From Escherichia coli (GTDB lineage Bacteria; Pseudomonadota; Gammaproteobacteria; Enterobacterales; Enterobacteriaceae), in assembly GCF_013122565.1 (NCBI RefSeq), contig NZ_CP053258.1: DNA of 64,000 nucleotides. One strand, 5' to 3'. The position numbers were made by a program, and so were the translations under genes. Shown piece by piece: positions 33,071 through 45,119 of the stretch; the first letter of the stretch is position 1, and the number at the start of each line of letters is the position of its first letter. The notes beneath the pieces are model-generated. The model searched no databases. It was not told the DNA's origin and worked only from the letters and a program-made list of their open reading frames with translations.

Positions 33071-34174
33071 TTATTTGGTTAAATTGGGGCTGCCACCACG
33101 ATTTCTACGCAGTCTGCGTTTTACGCGCTTAATAAAGCGAGCAACTTTCCAGGCACGCTTAATGCAATATCCATAGAGGAAGAATGCTAGCAAAAAGAGC
33201 ACCAGCATGACCCACTCCGGGACAAAATGAGAATATTCTGCCAGCACGCCAATGGAAGCGAGCAGTGCTGCGGCAAGGGTAATCAGCACAAACGCCTGAC
33301 GGGAAGTAAACCCGGCACGCATGATCAAATGGTGAATATGCTGACGGTCAGGAGAGAATGGGCTCATGCCTTTACGCAGGCGACGGTACATAATCGCCAC
33401 CATATCCATTAGCGGAATGGCGATTATCCACAAAGCGGTAACCGGGCTGATGGGATGGGTTTTGCCCTGGGTCGTTTCGAGCAGGATCCAGATAACGGTA
33501 AAACCAATCAGCGTACTGCCCGCATCACCCATAAAGACTTTGTAGCGGCGACCCAGGATACCAAGGTTAAGCATGATATATGGCAGGATGGCGGCGATCA
33601 TCGCAAAGCACCAGATTGCGAGGCTGGTTTGCCCGTCGAACCACAAAATCATACCGATTGCTGCAAACGAGACGCAGGACAACCCGCCCAGCAAGCCATC
33701 AATGCCATCAACCATGTTGAAGGCATTAATGGCCGCCCAGACGGCAAATAGCGTCAGGAAGTAACCAAACGGTCCGAGCACCATCTCCCAGGAGCCAAAG
33801 ATATAACCCAGGCTACTGAGATAAAGGTTGCCAAACACCATCATAACAATGCCAACAGCGGCCTGTATGGTGGCACGGATTTTTACGCTGATATCAAAAC
33901 GGTCATCCAGCGCGCCAATGAAAACAAGCACACCGGCACAAGCGAGATAGAGAGATGCATGCGGAATATAGTAATCGACAATTCCGAACGTGAAGCAAAT
34001 CCCTGCGTAAACCGAAATACCCCCAACGAGTGGTATCAACCCCTGGTGACGTTTGCGGAAGTTTGGTTTATCCACTAAACCGACTTTTTTTGCCACCTTA
34101 CGGGCAAAAAACAGAAACAGTGTCGTGAATAAAAAAATACTGATGAGATCAGTACTCACTGTCAGTAAATTCAC
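33071..34174 (-). CDS. wecA: UDP-GlcNAc:undecaprenyl-phosphate GlcNAc-1-phosphate transferase WecA (367 aa)
   Basis: 367 aa polytopic membrane protein; first gene of cluster downstream of rho. Confidence 0.92.
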   Translation of the reverse strand: MNLLTVSTDLISIFLFTTLFLFFARKVAKKVGLVDKPNFRKRHQGLIPLVGGISVYAGICFTFGIVDYYIPHASLYLACAGVLVFIGALDDRFDISVKIRATIQAAVGIVMMVFGNLYLSSLGYIFGSWEMVLGPFGYFLTLFAVWAAINAFNMVDGIDGLLGGLSCVSFAAIGMILWFDGQTSLAIWCFAMIAAILPYIMLNLGILGRRYKVFMGDAGSTLIGFTVIWILLETTQGKTHPISPVTALWIIAIPLMDMVAIMYRRLRKGMSPFSPDRQHIHHLIMRAGFTSRQAFVLITLAAALLASIGVLAEYSHFVPEWVMLVLFLLAFFLYGYCIKRAWKVARFIKRVKRRLRRNRGGSPNLTK

Positions 34175-34413
34175 AATGCATGCTCTCAGAGAAAATTATT
34201 AGCAGAAGTATAACCACGAAGACCTTTATTCAGAAGGGAAAGTCCGTTCCGAACCCACCAGTCCTGTGCAAAAATTAACCATTTGATATGCAAATTGCAT
34301 AACATGCCAGCAAATTCCAGGAATTTTCCTAACATCGCCAGCGCGGCATTAAGATTACAGATATAAAAGCAAAACGCCACGTAAACACGTGGCGTTTTTG
34401 GCATAAGACAAAT

Positions 34414-35673
34414 TTATGAGCGTTTCATCATTTCGAAGAAATCGTCATTGGTCTTGGTCATTGCCAGTTTATTAATGAGGAATTCCATTGCATCGATTTC
34501 GCCCATCGGGTGAATGATTTTGCGCAGGATCCACATTTTCTGCAGTTCTTCCTGAGTAGTGAGCAGTTCTTCTTTACGGGTACCGGAACGGTTGTAGTCG
34601 ATAGCCGGGAAGACGCGTTTTTCAGCAATCTTACGAGAAAGGTGCAGTTCCATGTTGCCTGTACCTTTAAACTCTTCGTAGATAACTTCGTCCATTTTAG
34701 AACCGGTATCGATAAGCGCCGTCGCGATAATGGTCAGGCTGCCGCCCTCTTCCACGTTACGCGCCGCACCGAAGAAGCGTTTCGGACGATGAAGGGCATT
34801 GGCGTCCACACCACCGGTCAACACTTTACCTGACGCCGGAACAACAGTGTTGTAAGCGCGCGCCAGACGAGTGATGGAGTCGAGCAGAATGATAACGTCT
34901 TTCTTGTGCTCAACCAGGCGTTTGGCCTTCTCGATCACCATTTCCGCAACCTGAACGTGGCGAGATGCGGGTTCGTCAAAGGTAGAAGCAACAACTTCAC
35001 CTTTTACCAGACGCTGCATCTCGGTTACTTCTTCCGGACGTTCGTCGATCAGCAGAACCATCAGCACACAATCCGGGTGGTTGTAAGCAATGCTCTGAGC
35101 AATGTTCTGCAGCAGCATAGTTTTACCGGCTTTCGGCGGTGCCACAATCAGACCACGCTGACCACGACCGATAGGTGATGCCAGATCCAGTACGCGAGCG
35201 GTTAAATCTTCAGTAGAACCGTTACCACGTTCCATACGCAGACGAGAGTTTGCGTGCAGCGGGGTTAAGTTCTCAAAGAGGATTTTGTTGCGGGCGTTTT
35301 CAGGTTTGTCGAAGTTAACTTCGTTAACTTTCAGCAGCGCAAAATAGCGTTCACCTTCTTTCGGCGGGCGAATCTTACCAGAGATGGTATCACCAGTGCG
35401 GAGGTTGAAACGGCGGATTTGGCTAGGGGAAACGTAGATGTCATCAGGACCGGCGAGGTAGGAGCTGTCTGCGGAACGGAGGAAACCAAATCCATCCTGC
35501 AATATCTCCAGTACGCCATCACCAAAGATATCTTCGCCACTCTTTGCGTGCTGCTTCAGGATGGCAAAAATAATGTCCTGCTTACGCATACGAGCCAGGT
35601 TTTCCAGCCCCATATTTTCGCCGAGAGTGATCAGCTCAGAAACCGGCGTATTCTTTAATTCGGTAAGATTCAT
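34414..35673 (-). CDS. rho: Transcription termination factor Rho (419 aa)
   Basis: [58 protein letters not shown]; track ORF trimmed by 24 codons. Confidence 0.97.
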
Positions 35674-35757
35674 AGTGGTGTGAGTTCTTAAACTTGGGGT
35701 AAATCTCGAACTTAATGTTGTGAATGGTATGGCAGGATCATCCATGCCTGTTTACGG

Positions 35758-35859
35758 TCATCGACTCATGTCTTTTCGCTGCCTGGTCACAGGAGAGTAC
35801 GCAGAACTGAAACGACAAGACGGATTGAGTGACGAGCCAGAAATCTGTTCACTTCGCAT
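35758..35859 (-). CDS. rhoL: rho operon leader peptide RhoL (33 aa)
   Basis: Minus-strand ATG at 35857-35859 translates MRSEQISGSSLNPSCRFSSAYSPVTRQRKDMSR then TGA. Confidence 0.85.
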   Translation of the reverse strand: MRSEQISGSSLNPSCRFSSAYSPVTRQRKDMSR

Positions 35860-35999
35860 TTAAGATAAAACGGGAAGCGTTGGAAATTACAAGATTCAAA
35901 CTTAATAAGGTATGTTTAATACGAAGTCAACACTAAGTTAGCATGACTCACGCCGGGCGTCCAGTTTTTAGCGACGGGGCACCCGAACATGAAATTCCC

Positions 36000-36329
36000 T
36001 TACGCCAGGTTAGCGTCGAGGAACTCTTTCAACTGACCTTTAGACAGTGCACCCACTTTGGTTGCCGCCACTTCACCGTTTTTGAACAGCAGCAGAGTCG
36101 GGATACCACGGATGCCATATTTCGGCGCAGTGCCAGGGTTTTGATCGATGTTCAGTTTTGCAACGGTCAGTTTGCCCTGATATTCGTCAGCGATTTCATC
36201 CAGAATCGGGGCGATCATTTTGCACGGACCGCACCACTCTGCCCAGAAATCGACGAGGATCGCCCCGTCCGCTTTGAGTACATCCGTGTCAAAACTGTCG
36301 TCAGTCAGGTGAATAATTTTATCGCTCAT
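36000..36329 (-). CDS. trxA: Thioredoxin 1 (109 aa)
   Basis: [54 protein letters not shown] with WCGPC active site. Confidence 0.97.
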
Positions 36330-36459
36330 ATATAACTCCACAGGAATAAGCCTGGCGTGTTGGTTTCGTTGTTGGTGTAACATTAACCAACTAAAGGTTG
36401 ACTTTATTTCACCGGATACGCTTTCGTAAAGCAATAGTAAGCTGATATTCTACCACACT

Positions 36460-37725
36460 ATGAGCAAAACACATTTAACAGAACAGAAGTTTTCCGACTT
36501 CGCCCTGCATCCGAAGGTTGTAGAAGCCCTTGAAAAAAAAGGGTTTCATAACTGTACGCCCATTCAGGCACTGGCCCTTCCGCTGACGCTGGCGGGTCGT
36601 GACGTAGCCGGGCAGGCGCAAACCGGTACCGGGAAAACGATGGCGTTTCTTACGTCAACGTTTCATTATCTTCTCTCTCATCCTGCGATTGCCGATCGCA
36701 AGGTGAATCAACCACGTGCCTTAATTATGGCACCGACGCGTGAACTTGCCGTGCAGATCCATGCCGACGCAGAACCGCTGGCGGAAGCTACCGGCCTGAA
36801 GCTGGGTCTGGCTTACGGTGGTGATGGCTACGACAAACAGCTGAAAGTGCTGGAAAGCGGCGTTGACATTCTGATTGGCACTACGGGGCGTTTAATTGAC
36901 TACGCCAAGCAGAACCACATTAACCTCGGTGCCATTCAGGTGGTGGTACTGGACGAAGCCGATCGCATGTACGATCTGGGCTTTATTAAAGATATCCGCT
37001 GGCTGTTCCGCCGTATGCCGCCTGCAAACCAGCGCCTCAACATGCTGTTCTCCGCCACGCTTTCGTACCGGGTACGTGAACTGGCGTTCGAGCAGATGAA
37101 CAATGCCGAATATATTGAAGTGGAACCGGAACAGAAAACGGGCCACCGTATTAAAGAAGAGCTTTTCTACCCTTCTAACGAAGAAAAAATGCGTTTGCTC
37201 CAAACGCTGATCGAAGAAGAGTGGCCAGACAGAGCGATTATTTTCGCCAACACAAAACACCGTTGTGAAGAGATCTGGGGCCACCTGGCGGCAGATGGTC
37301 ATCGTGTCGGTTTGTTGACAGGCGATGTCGCGCAGAAAAAACGTCTGCGTATTCTTGATGAATTTACCCGTGGCGATCTGGATATTTTGGTTGCCACCGA
37401 CGTTGCCGCGCGTGGTTTGCATATCCCGGCTGTGACACACGTCTTTAACTACGATTTACCCGATGACTGTGAAGATTACGTTCACCGTATTGGTCGTACA
37501 GGCCGCGCAGGCGCAAGCGGTCACTCTATTAGCCTGGCATGTGAAGAGTATGCATTGAATTTGCCTGCTATTGAGACCTATATTGGTCACTCAATTCCGG
37601 TAAGCAAATACAATCCGGACGCATTGATGACCGATCTGCCAAAACCGCTGCGCCTCACGCGCCCGCGCACAGGCAATGGTCCGCGTCGTACTGGCGCTCC
37701 GCGTAATCGTCGTCGTTCAGGTTAA
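36460..37725 (+). CDS. rhlB: ATP-dependent RNA helicase RhlB (421 aa)
   Basis: DEAD-box motifs: Q motif [24 protein letters not shown], Arg-rich C-terminus. Confidence 0.95.
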
Positions 37726-37860
37726 ATAAAAAATGTCATACTCAAAATCATTCAAACTGTATCAAGATGGCAAGAGAATGAATCCCGATGAACTTACTGT
37801 AGTAAGTGATTCTGGTGAAAGAATGCAGCCAACACAGAGACAGATTGAAGGATGAAGAGT

Positions 37861-39345
37861 ATGGGTTCCACCTCGTCGCTGTATGCAGCCATTGATCTCG
37901 GTTCGAATAGTTTTCATATGCTGGTTGTGCGCGAGGTGGCTGGAAGCATCCAGACGCTGACGCGAATTAAACGCAAAGTGCGTCTGGCTGCTGGCCTGAA
38001 CAGCGAAAATGCCCTGTCTAATGAAGCAATGGAGCGCGGCTGGCAATGTTTGCGCCTGTTTGCTGAACGTCTGCAAGATATCCCTCCCTCGCAAATTCGC
38101 GTTGTCGCAACGGCAACGTTACGCCTTGCCGTCAATGCGGGTGATTTTATTGCCAAAGCGCAGGAAATTCTCGGTTGTCCGGTACAGGTGATCAGTGGTG
38201 AAGAGGAGGCGCGTCTGATTTATCAGGGCGTTGCTCACACCACTGGTGGTGCCGATCAGCGCCTGGTGGTGGATATCGGCGGTGCCAGTACGGAACTGGT
38301 AACCGGCACGGGTGCACAAACTACCTCGTTGTTCAGCCTGTCGATGGGCTGCGTCACCTGGCTGGAACGCTATTTTGCCGATCGTAATCTGGGGCAGGAA
38401 AATTTTGATGCTGCAGAAAAAGCGGCACGCAAAGTGTTACGTCCGGTTGCCGATGAATTACGGTATCACGGCTGGAAAGTGTGCGTTGGCGCTTCCGGCA
38501 CCGTGCAGGCGTTACAGGAAATCATGATGGCACAGGGGATGGATGAACGCATTACCCTGGAAAAGTTGCAGCAACTGAAACAACGCGCCATTCATTGCGG
38601 TCGGCTGGAAGAGCTAGAGATTGACGGGCTGACGCTGGAACGTGCGTTAGTGTTCCCGAGTGGTCTGGCGATCCTGATCGCCATTTTTACCGAACTGAAT
38701 ATTCAGTGTATGACCCTGGCTGGCGGTGCGCTGCGTGAAGGCCTGGTCTACGGCATGTTGCATCTGGCCGTCGAGCAGGATATTCGCAGCCGTACGCTGC
38801 GTAATATTCAGCGCCGCTTTATGATCGATATTGATCAGGCGCAGCGCGTAGCCAAAGTTGCAGCTAACTTCTTCGATCAGGTGGAAAACGAATGGCATCT
38901 TGAAGCGATAAGCCGCGATTTGCTCATCAGCGCCTGTCAGCTTCATGAAATCGGCCTGAGCGTTGACTTCAAACAAGCGCCGCAACACGCTGCTTATCTG
39001 GTGCGTAATCTGGATCTTCCCGGTTTTACCCCCGCACAGAAAAAATTGCTGGCGACGCTACTGCTCAACCAGACTAATCCGGTCGATCTCTCATCGCTGC
39101 ATCAGCAAAATGCCGTACCGCCGCGCGTCGCAGAACAACTCTGCCGTTTACTCCGCCTGGCCATCATTTTTGCCAGCCGTCGTCGTGACGATCTCGTGCC
39201 AGAGATGACATTACAGGCTAACCATGAACTGTTGACCTTGACGCTTCCGCAAGGTTGGTTAACCCAACATCCGCTGGGTAAAGAGATTATTGCTCAGGAA
39301 AGCCAGTGGCAGAGCTATGTCCACTGGCCGCTGGAAGTGCATTAA
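37861..39345 (+). CDS. gppA: Guanosine pentaphosphate phosphohydrolase GppA (494 aa)
   Basis: [26 protein letters not shown]px/GppA N-terminus. Confidence 0.93.
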   Translation: MGSTSSLYAAIDLGSNSFHMLVVREVAGSIQTLTRIKRKVRLAAGLNSENALSNEAMERGWQCLRLFAERLQDIPPSQIRVVATATLRLAVNAGDFIAKAQEILGCPVQVISGEEEARLIYQGVAHTTGGADQRLVVDIGGASTELVTGTGAQTTSLFSLSMGCVTWLERYFADRNLGQENFDAAEKAARKVLRPVADELRYHGWKVCVGASGTVQALQEIMMAQGMDERITLEKLQQLKQRAIHCGRLEELEIDGLTLERALVFPSGLAILIAIFTELNIQCMTLAGGALREGLVYGMLHLAVEQDIRSRTLRNIQRRFMIDIDQAQRVAKVAANFFDQVENEWHLEAISRDLLISACQLHEIGLSVDFKQAPQHAAYLVRNLDLPGFTPAQKKLLATLLLNQTNPVDLSSLHQQNAVPPRVAEQLCRLLRLAIIFASRRRDDLVPEMTLQANHELLTLTLPQGWLTQHPLGKEIIAQESQWQSYVHWPLEVH

Positions 39346-39352
39346 TGAGTAA

Positions 39353-39387
39353 GTGCCGGATGCGATGCTGACGCATCTTCTCCGGCC
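39353..39387. repeat. REP element between convergent gppA and rep
   Basis: gtgccggatgcgatgctgacgcatcttctccggcc matches REP consensus. Confidence 0.8.
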
Positions 39388-39391
39388 TTGA

Positions 39392-41413
39392 TTATTTCCC
39401 TCGTTTTGCCGCCATCATCGCTTTCAGATTCGCCAGATGGCTTTGCCCTTTCTGCATCCGTTCTTCGGCGCTGACCACTTTGCGCTCCTGTTCCCAAATC
39501 AGATCATCCTGCGGCAGCTCCAGCAAAAAGCGGCTCGGCTCCGGGCGCACCAGTTCGCCGTACTGACGGCGTTCTTTACACAGTGTAAAGGTCAATTCCT
39601 TCTGGGCGCGGGTAATGCCGACATAGGCCAGCCGCCGCTCCTCATCGATATTATCTTCATCGATGCTGCTCTGGTGCGGCAAAAAACCTTCTTCCATACC
39701 GACCATGTAGACATAAGGAAACTCCAGCCCTTTCGACGCGTGGAGAGTCATCAGTTGCACCTGATCCAGCTCTTCTTCACTCTCACCACGCTCCATCATG
39801 TCGCGCAAAGTAAAGCGCGTCACCACCTGGGTGAGCGTCATCGGCTCATCCAGTTCGCTGCCTTCCAGCATCTCCGTCATCCAGCTAAATAACTGGTTAA
39901 CGTTTTTCATACGCATTTCGGCGGCTTTCGGGCTGGGTGAGGTTTCGTACAGCCAGGATTCATAATCCATGCCGTGGATCAGATCGCGCACCGCGGCAAT
40001 CGGCTCCCGCTCCGCCAGACGCTGGATTTCTGCCAACCAGTGAGTGAAGCGGGTCAATGCTTCATAACCACGTCCGCTAAGCGTCTGACTCAGGCCCATA
40101 TCAAAGCTGGCGGTAAACATGCTTTTATTGCGCGTCATCGCCCACTCCCCCAGCTTTTTCAGCGTCGCCGGGCCAATCTCTCGCTTCGGCGTGTTGACGA
40201 TACGCAGAAATGCGCTGTCATCGTCCGGGTTAGTCAGCACGCGCAGATAAGCCAGCAAGTCCTTGATTTCAGGACGAGAGAAAAACGACGTACCACCAGA
40301 TATTTTGTACGGGATGCGGTTTTGCATCAGGAATTTTTCAAACACCCGCGACTGATGGTTACCGCGATAAAGAATAGCGTAATCTTTGTACTGCGTTTTA
40401 TTGACGAAGTGATGCGCAATCAGTTCACCAGTGACGCGCTCGGCTTCATGTTCTTCATTATTCGCGCTTAAAACTTTTAGCTCTGTGCCGTAACCCAGTT
40501 CGGAGAACAGACGCTTTTCAAAGACGTGCGGGTTATTGGCGATCAGGATGTTCGCCGCTTTCAAAATACGTCCGGAAGAGCGGTAGTTCTGCTCAAGCTT
40601 AATCACCTTCAGCGCCGGGAAATCCTGGCTCAGCAGCACCAGGTTTTGCGGACGTGCGCCGCGCCAGGAGTAGATCGACTGGTCATCGTCACCCACCACG
40701 GTAAAGCGCGCGCGGCTGCCCACCAGCAGTTTCACCAGTTCATACTGGCTGGTGTTGGTGTCCTGATACTCATCCACCAGCAGGTAGCGAATTTTGTTCT
40801 GCCAGCGTTCGCGTACTTCTTCATTGCGTTGCAGCAGCAACGTCGGCAATAAAATCAGGTCATCGAAGTCGAGAACGTTACAGGCTTTCAGGTGTGCATC
40901 ATACAGCCCATAACAATGGGCAAAAATACGATCCCGCTCGCCCTTTGCCTCTGCCGCCGCCTGCGCCGGAGTTTTGAGATCGTTCTTCCAGTTGGAGATG
41001 GTCGAAATCAGCTGTTGCAGGAGAACTTTGTCATCTTCAATCAGCCCCTCGGTCAGCTCTTTAAGCAAAGCAAGCTGATCGGTATCGTCAAACAACGAGA
41101 AGTTTGCTTTCATCCCAAGCGCCGCATACTCGCGTTTGATGATATCCAGCCCCAGTGTGTGGAAGGTGGAGATCATCAGCCCACGCGCCTCTTTGCGACC
41201 CAGCGTCTGCCCGACACGCTCTTTCATCTCGCGCGCCGCCTTATTGGTAAAGGTCACCGCCGCGATATGTCGCGCCTGATAACCACAACCGCGGATCAGA
41301 TGGGCAATTTTATTGGTGATAACACGAGTTTTACCGGAACCCGCGCCCGCCAGCACCAGGCAGGGGCCGGTAACGAATTCGACAGCTTGTTGTTGGCCGG
41401 GGTTTAGACGCAT
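39392..41413 (-). CDS. rep: ATP-dependent DNA helicase Rep (673 aa)
   Basis: [40 protein letters not shown]; UvrD/Rep family. Confidence 0.95.
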   Translation of the reverse strand: MRLNPGQQQAVEFVTGPCLVLAGAGSGKTRVITNKIAHLIRGCGYQARHIAAVTFTNKAAREMKERVGQTLGRKEARGLMISTFHTLGLDIIKREYAALGMKANFSLFDDTDQLALLKELTEGLIEDDKVLLQQLISTISNWKNDLKTPAQAAAEAKGERDRIFAHCYGLYDAHLKACNVLDFDDLILLPTLLLQRNEEVRERWQNKIRYLLVDEYQDTNTSQYELVKLLVGSRARFTVVGDDDQSIYSWRGARPQNLVLLSQDFPALKVIKLEQNYRSSGRILKAANILIANNPHVFEKRLFSELGYGTELKVLSANNEEHEAERVTGELIAHHFVNKTQYKDYAILYRGNHQSRVFEKFLMQNRIPYKISGGTSFFSRPEIKDLLAYLRVLTNPDDDSAFLRIVNTPKREIGPATLKKLGEWAMTRNKSMFTASFDMGLSQTLSGRGYEALTRFTHWLAEIQRLAEREPIAAVRDLIHGMDYESWLYETSPSPKAAEMRMKNVNQLFSWMTEMLEGSELDEPMTLTQVVTRFTLRDMMERGESEEELDQVQLMTLHASKGLEFPYVYMVGMEEGFLPHQSSIDEDNIDEERRLAYVGITRAQKELTFTLCKERRQYGELVRPEPSRFLLELPQDDLIWEQERKVVSAEERMQKGQSHLANLKAMMAAKRGK

Positions 41414-41629
41414 AGGTGTATTGCTCAATCTTCGAACGGGAGGAGGATTGTAGCAGAATCACATTTGAATGTGACCGCGTGTAAGCCGCTAACCGGTTGG
41501 CTGTGGATGTTTAAATCAGAGAGGGAAGACCGAAACCGGAGTTCATTGTGAATCAATTAGACTTAGAAAATATCGGGTCGTAACGTTGTGTTATTACTTT
41601 TTCAGAGTTTACTAAGGAGAGGTTTACTC

Positions 41630-42079
41630 GTGGCGATTAATTTCAGCCCTAAGGTTGGTGAAATACTGGAATGCAACTTTGGTAACTATCCTGTTAGCCA
41701 GAATGGACAGTTCAGCACGACGTATTACGATGGCCGCATTCCTCCTGAAATGATAAAAAACAGGTTAGTTGTCGTGCTCAACGGAAAAATTAATGGCAAC
41801 GCATGTATCGTCGTTCCATTATCAACCACTCGCGACCATGACAAGTTAAATCGTGGAATGCATGTTGAAATAGCCAGTAATGTTATCAATGATCTGCAAT
41901 TCTTTGATCAGCAGATTCGTTGGGCCAAAGCCGACCTGGTACAACAAGTCAGTCGAAACCGATTAAACAGAGCAAGGACTTACAGAGGGTATCTTAATCA
42001 ATGTTTGCCATATGAGTTGGTTGCAGACATACAGAGGGCGGTCATCAAGTCAATCAATGCCATATCGCTCATAAATTGA
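41630..42079 (+). CDS. yifN: PemK/MazF-like toxin family protein, apparently intact (149 aa from GTG 41630)
   Basis: AAGGAGAG RBS 8 nt before GTG; product VAINFSPKVGEILECNF...NRLVVVLNG...ACIVVPLSTT has the PemK/MazF fold signature; position between rep and ppiC matches yifN. Confidence 0.7.
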   Translation: MAINFSPKVGEILECNFGNYPVSQNGQFSTTYYDGRIPPEMIKNRLVVVLNGKINGNACIVVPLSTTRDHDKLNRGMHVEIASNVINDLQFFDQQIRWAKADLVQQVSRNRLNRARTYRGYLNQCLPYELVADIQRAVIKSINAISLIN

Positions 42080-42154
42080 CAATAAAATCACCATCCCCGA
42101 TAATGACTTTGTAGCCCATAGAGGCCCTAAGTTTTCTCCCCTTGAGGGACCTGC

Positions 42155-42182
42155 GAAGCCCGGATTTTCCGGGCTTTTGCCA
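42155..42182 (+). terminator. Rho-independent terminator downstream of yifN
   Basis: GCCCGGA-tttt-CCGGGC hairpin followed by TTTTG. Confidence 0.7.
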
Positions 42183-42252
42183 TATATGTACCCCCCCACC
42201 CTGACTGACAATTACGTTAGCATCTGCGGATCATGCTAAAATCGCCGCCTGA

Positions 42253-42558
<306 letters not shown>

Positions 42559-42603
42559 CAGTAAGGCCTTCTCCAGGAGAAGGCCTTGAACTCTGAATCT
42601 CTA

Positions 42604-44079
42604 TTAACCCGCAACAGCAATACGTTTCATATCTGTCATATAGCCGCGCAGTTTCTTACCTACCTGCTCAATCGCATGGCTGCGAATCGCTTCGTTCACA
42701 TCACGCAGTTGCGCGTTATCTACCGCACCTTCCGGAATAGCTTTCCCCAGATCGCCCGGTTGCAGCTCTGCCATAAACGGTTTTAGCAACGGCACACAAG
42801 CGTAAGAGAACAGATAGTTACCGTACTCGGCGGTATCAGAGATAACCACGTTCATTTCGTACAGACGCTTACGGGCGATGGTGTTGGCAATCAGCGGCAG
42901 TTCGTGCAGTGATTCATAGTAAGCAGATTCTTCGATGATGCCGGAATCAACCATGGTTTCAAATGCCAGCTCAACGCCCGCTTTCACCATCGCGATCATC
43001 AGTACGCCTTTATCGAAGTACTCCTGCTCGCCGATTTTGCCTTCATACTGCGGCGCGGTTTCGAAGGCGGTTTTGCCGGTCTCTTCACGCCAGGTCAGCA
43101 GTTTCTTATCATCGTTGGCCCAGTCCGCCATCATACCGGAGGAGAATTCGCCGGAGATGATGTCGTCCATATGTTTCTGGAACAGCGGCGCCATGATCTC
43201 TTTCAGCTGTTCTGACAGCGCGTAAGCACGCAGTTTCGCCGGGTTAGAGAGACGGTCCATCATCAGGGTGATGCCGCCCTGTTTCAGTGCTTCGGTGATG
43301 GTTTCCCAACCGAACTGAATCAGTTTTTCTGCGTATGCCGGATCGGTGCCTTCTTCCACCAGCTTGTCGAAGCACAGCAGAGAGCCAGCCTGCAACATAC
43401 CGCACAGGATGGTTTGCTCACCCATCAGGTCAGATTTCACTTCCGCAACGAAGGACGATTCCAGCACGCCCGCACGGTGACCACCGGTTGCTGCCGCCCA
43501 TGCTTTAGCGATCGCCATACCTTCGCCTTTCGGATCGTTTTCCGGGTGAACGGCAATCAGCGTCGGTACGCCGAATCCACGTTTGTACTCTTCACGCACT
43601 TCGGTGCCAGGGCATTTCGGCGCAACCATGACTACGGTGATATCTTTACGGATCTGCTCGCCCACTTCGACGATGTTGAAACCGTGCGAGTAACCCAGCG
43701 CCGCGCCGTCTTTCATCAGTGGCTGTACGGTGCGCACTACATCAGAGTGCTGCTTGTCCGGCGTCAGGTTAACCACCAGATCCGCCTGTGGGATCAGTTC
43801 TTCGTAAGTACCCACTTTAAAACCATTTTCGGTCGCTTTACGCCAGGACGCGCGCTTCTCGGCAATCGCTTCTTTACGCAGAGCGTAGGAGATATCGAGA
43901 CCAGAATCACGCATGTTCAGGCCCTGGTTCAGACCCTGTGCGCCACAGCCGACGATGACTACTTTTTTACCCTGAAGGTAGCTCGCGCCATCGGCGAATT
44001 CATCGCGGCCCATAAAGCGACATTTGCCCAGCTGTGCCAGCTGCTGGCGCAGATTCAGTGTATTGAAGTAGTTAGCCAT
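42604..44079 (-). CDS. ilvC: Ketol-acid reductoisomerase IlvC (491 aa)
   Basis: [49 protein letters not shown]; track ORF trimmed by 50 codons. Confidence 0.96.
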   Translation of the reverse strand: MANYFNTLNLRQQLAQLGKCRFMGRDEFADGASYLQGKKVVIVGCGAQGLNQGLNMRDSGLDISYALRKEAIAEKRASWRKATENGFKVGTYEELIPQADLVVNLTPDKQHSDVVRTVQPLMKDGAALGYSHGFNIVEVGEQIRKDITVVMVAPKCPGTEVREEYKRGFGVPTLIAVHPENDPKGEGMAIAKAWAAATGGHRAGVLESSFVAEVKSDLMGEQTILCGMLQAGSLLCFDKLVEEGTDPAYAEKLIQFGWETITEALKQGGITLMMDRLSNPAKLRAYALSEQLKEIMAPLFQKHMDDIISGEFSSGMMADWANDDKKLLTWREETGKTAFETAPQYEGKIGEQEYFDKGVLMIAMVKAGVELAFETMVDSGIIEESAYYESLHELPLIANTIARKRLYEMNVVISDTAEYGNYLFSYACVPLLKPFMAELQPGDLGKAIPEGAVDNAQLRDVNEAIRSHAIEQVGKKLRGYMTDMKRIAVAG

Positions 44080-44228
44080 GGTGATTCCTCGTGATGTTGT
44101 GCTTCTTATTGTTCGGTTCGCGTTTGCGAGATTGAATTCACTATATGACAGGAAATTTATTGCGGAAATTGATATATTCACAACGTCACATTGCAATTTT
44201 TGCAACGTCAACATCGAGGGCTGCGCCA

Positions 44229-45119
44229 TTGGATTTACGCGATCTGAAAACCTTCCTGCATCTGGCGGAAAGCCGCCATTTTGGCCGCAGCGCGCGGGCG
44301 ATGCACGTTAGCCCATCCACGCTCTCACGGCAGATTCAGCGCCTGGAAGAAGATCTTGGTCAGCCGCTGTTTGTGCGCGATAACCGCACTGTGACGCTGA
44401 CTGAAGCGGGCGAAGAGCTGCGCGTTTTCGCCCAGCAAACGCTGTTGCAGTATCAGCAGTTGCGCCACACCATCGATCAGCAAGGGCCGTCGCTCTCTGG
44501 CGAATTACATATCTTCTGCTCGGTGACCGCTGCCTACAGCCATCTGCCGCCGATTCTGGATCGCTTCCGCGCGGAACACCCGTCGGTGGAGATTAAACTT
44601 ACTACTGGTGATGCGGCAGATGCGATGGAAAAGGTGGTCACTGGTGAAGCGGATCTGGCGATTGCGGGTAAACCGGAAACCTTGCCCGGCGCAGTGGCGT
44701 TTTCGATGCTGGAGAACCTGGCGGTGGTGCTGATTGCCCCCGCGCTGCCCTGCCCGGTGCGTAATCAGGTCTCGGTAGAGAAGCCGGACTGGTCAACGGT
44801 ACCGTTTATCATGGCCGATCAGGGGCCGGTGCGCCGCCGCATTGAGTTGTGGTTTCGACGCAATAAAATCAGCAACCCGATGATTTACGCCACGGTTGGC
44901 GGGCATGAAGCGATGGTATCGATGGTGGCGCTCGGCTGTGGCGTGGCGCTGTTGCCGGAAGTGGTGCTGGAAAACAGCCCCGAACCGGTGCGGAACCGCG
45001 TGATGATTTTAGAGCGCAGCGATGAAAAAACGCCGTTTGAGCTGGGCGTGTGCGTACAAAAAAAGCGGCTTCATGAGCCGCTGATTGAGGCGTTCTGGAA
45101 GATTTTGCCGAACCACTAA
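44229..45119 (+). CDS. ilvY: LysR-family regulator IlvY (about 296 aa, TTG start inferred)
   Basis: (M)[50 protein letters not shown]; divergent from ilvC; start codon uncertain. Confidence 0.88.
   Translation: MDLRDLKTFLHLAESRHFGRSARAMHVSPSTLSRQIQRLEEDLGQPLFVRDNRTVTLTEAGEELRVFAQQTLLQYQQLRHTIDQQGPSLSGELHIFCSVTAAYSHLPPILDRFRAEHPSVEIKLTTGDAADAMEKVVTGEADLAIAGKPETLPGAVAFSMLENLAVVLIAPALPCPVRNQVSVEKPDWSTVPFIMADQGPVRRRIELWFRRNKISNPMIYATVGGHEAMVSMVALGCGVALLPEVVLENSPEPVRNRVMILERSDEKTPFELGVCVQKKRLHEPLIEAFWKILPNH

Noticed and set aside
36892-37440. 182-aa minus-strand ORF
   Set aside because: Antisense within rhlB.
39437-41407. Several plus-strand ORFs of 108-171 aa
   Set aside because: All antisense within rep.
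43414-44094. 226-aa plus-strand ORF
   Set aside because: Antisense within ilvC.
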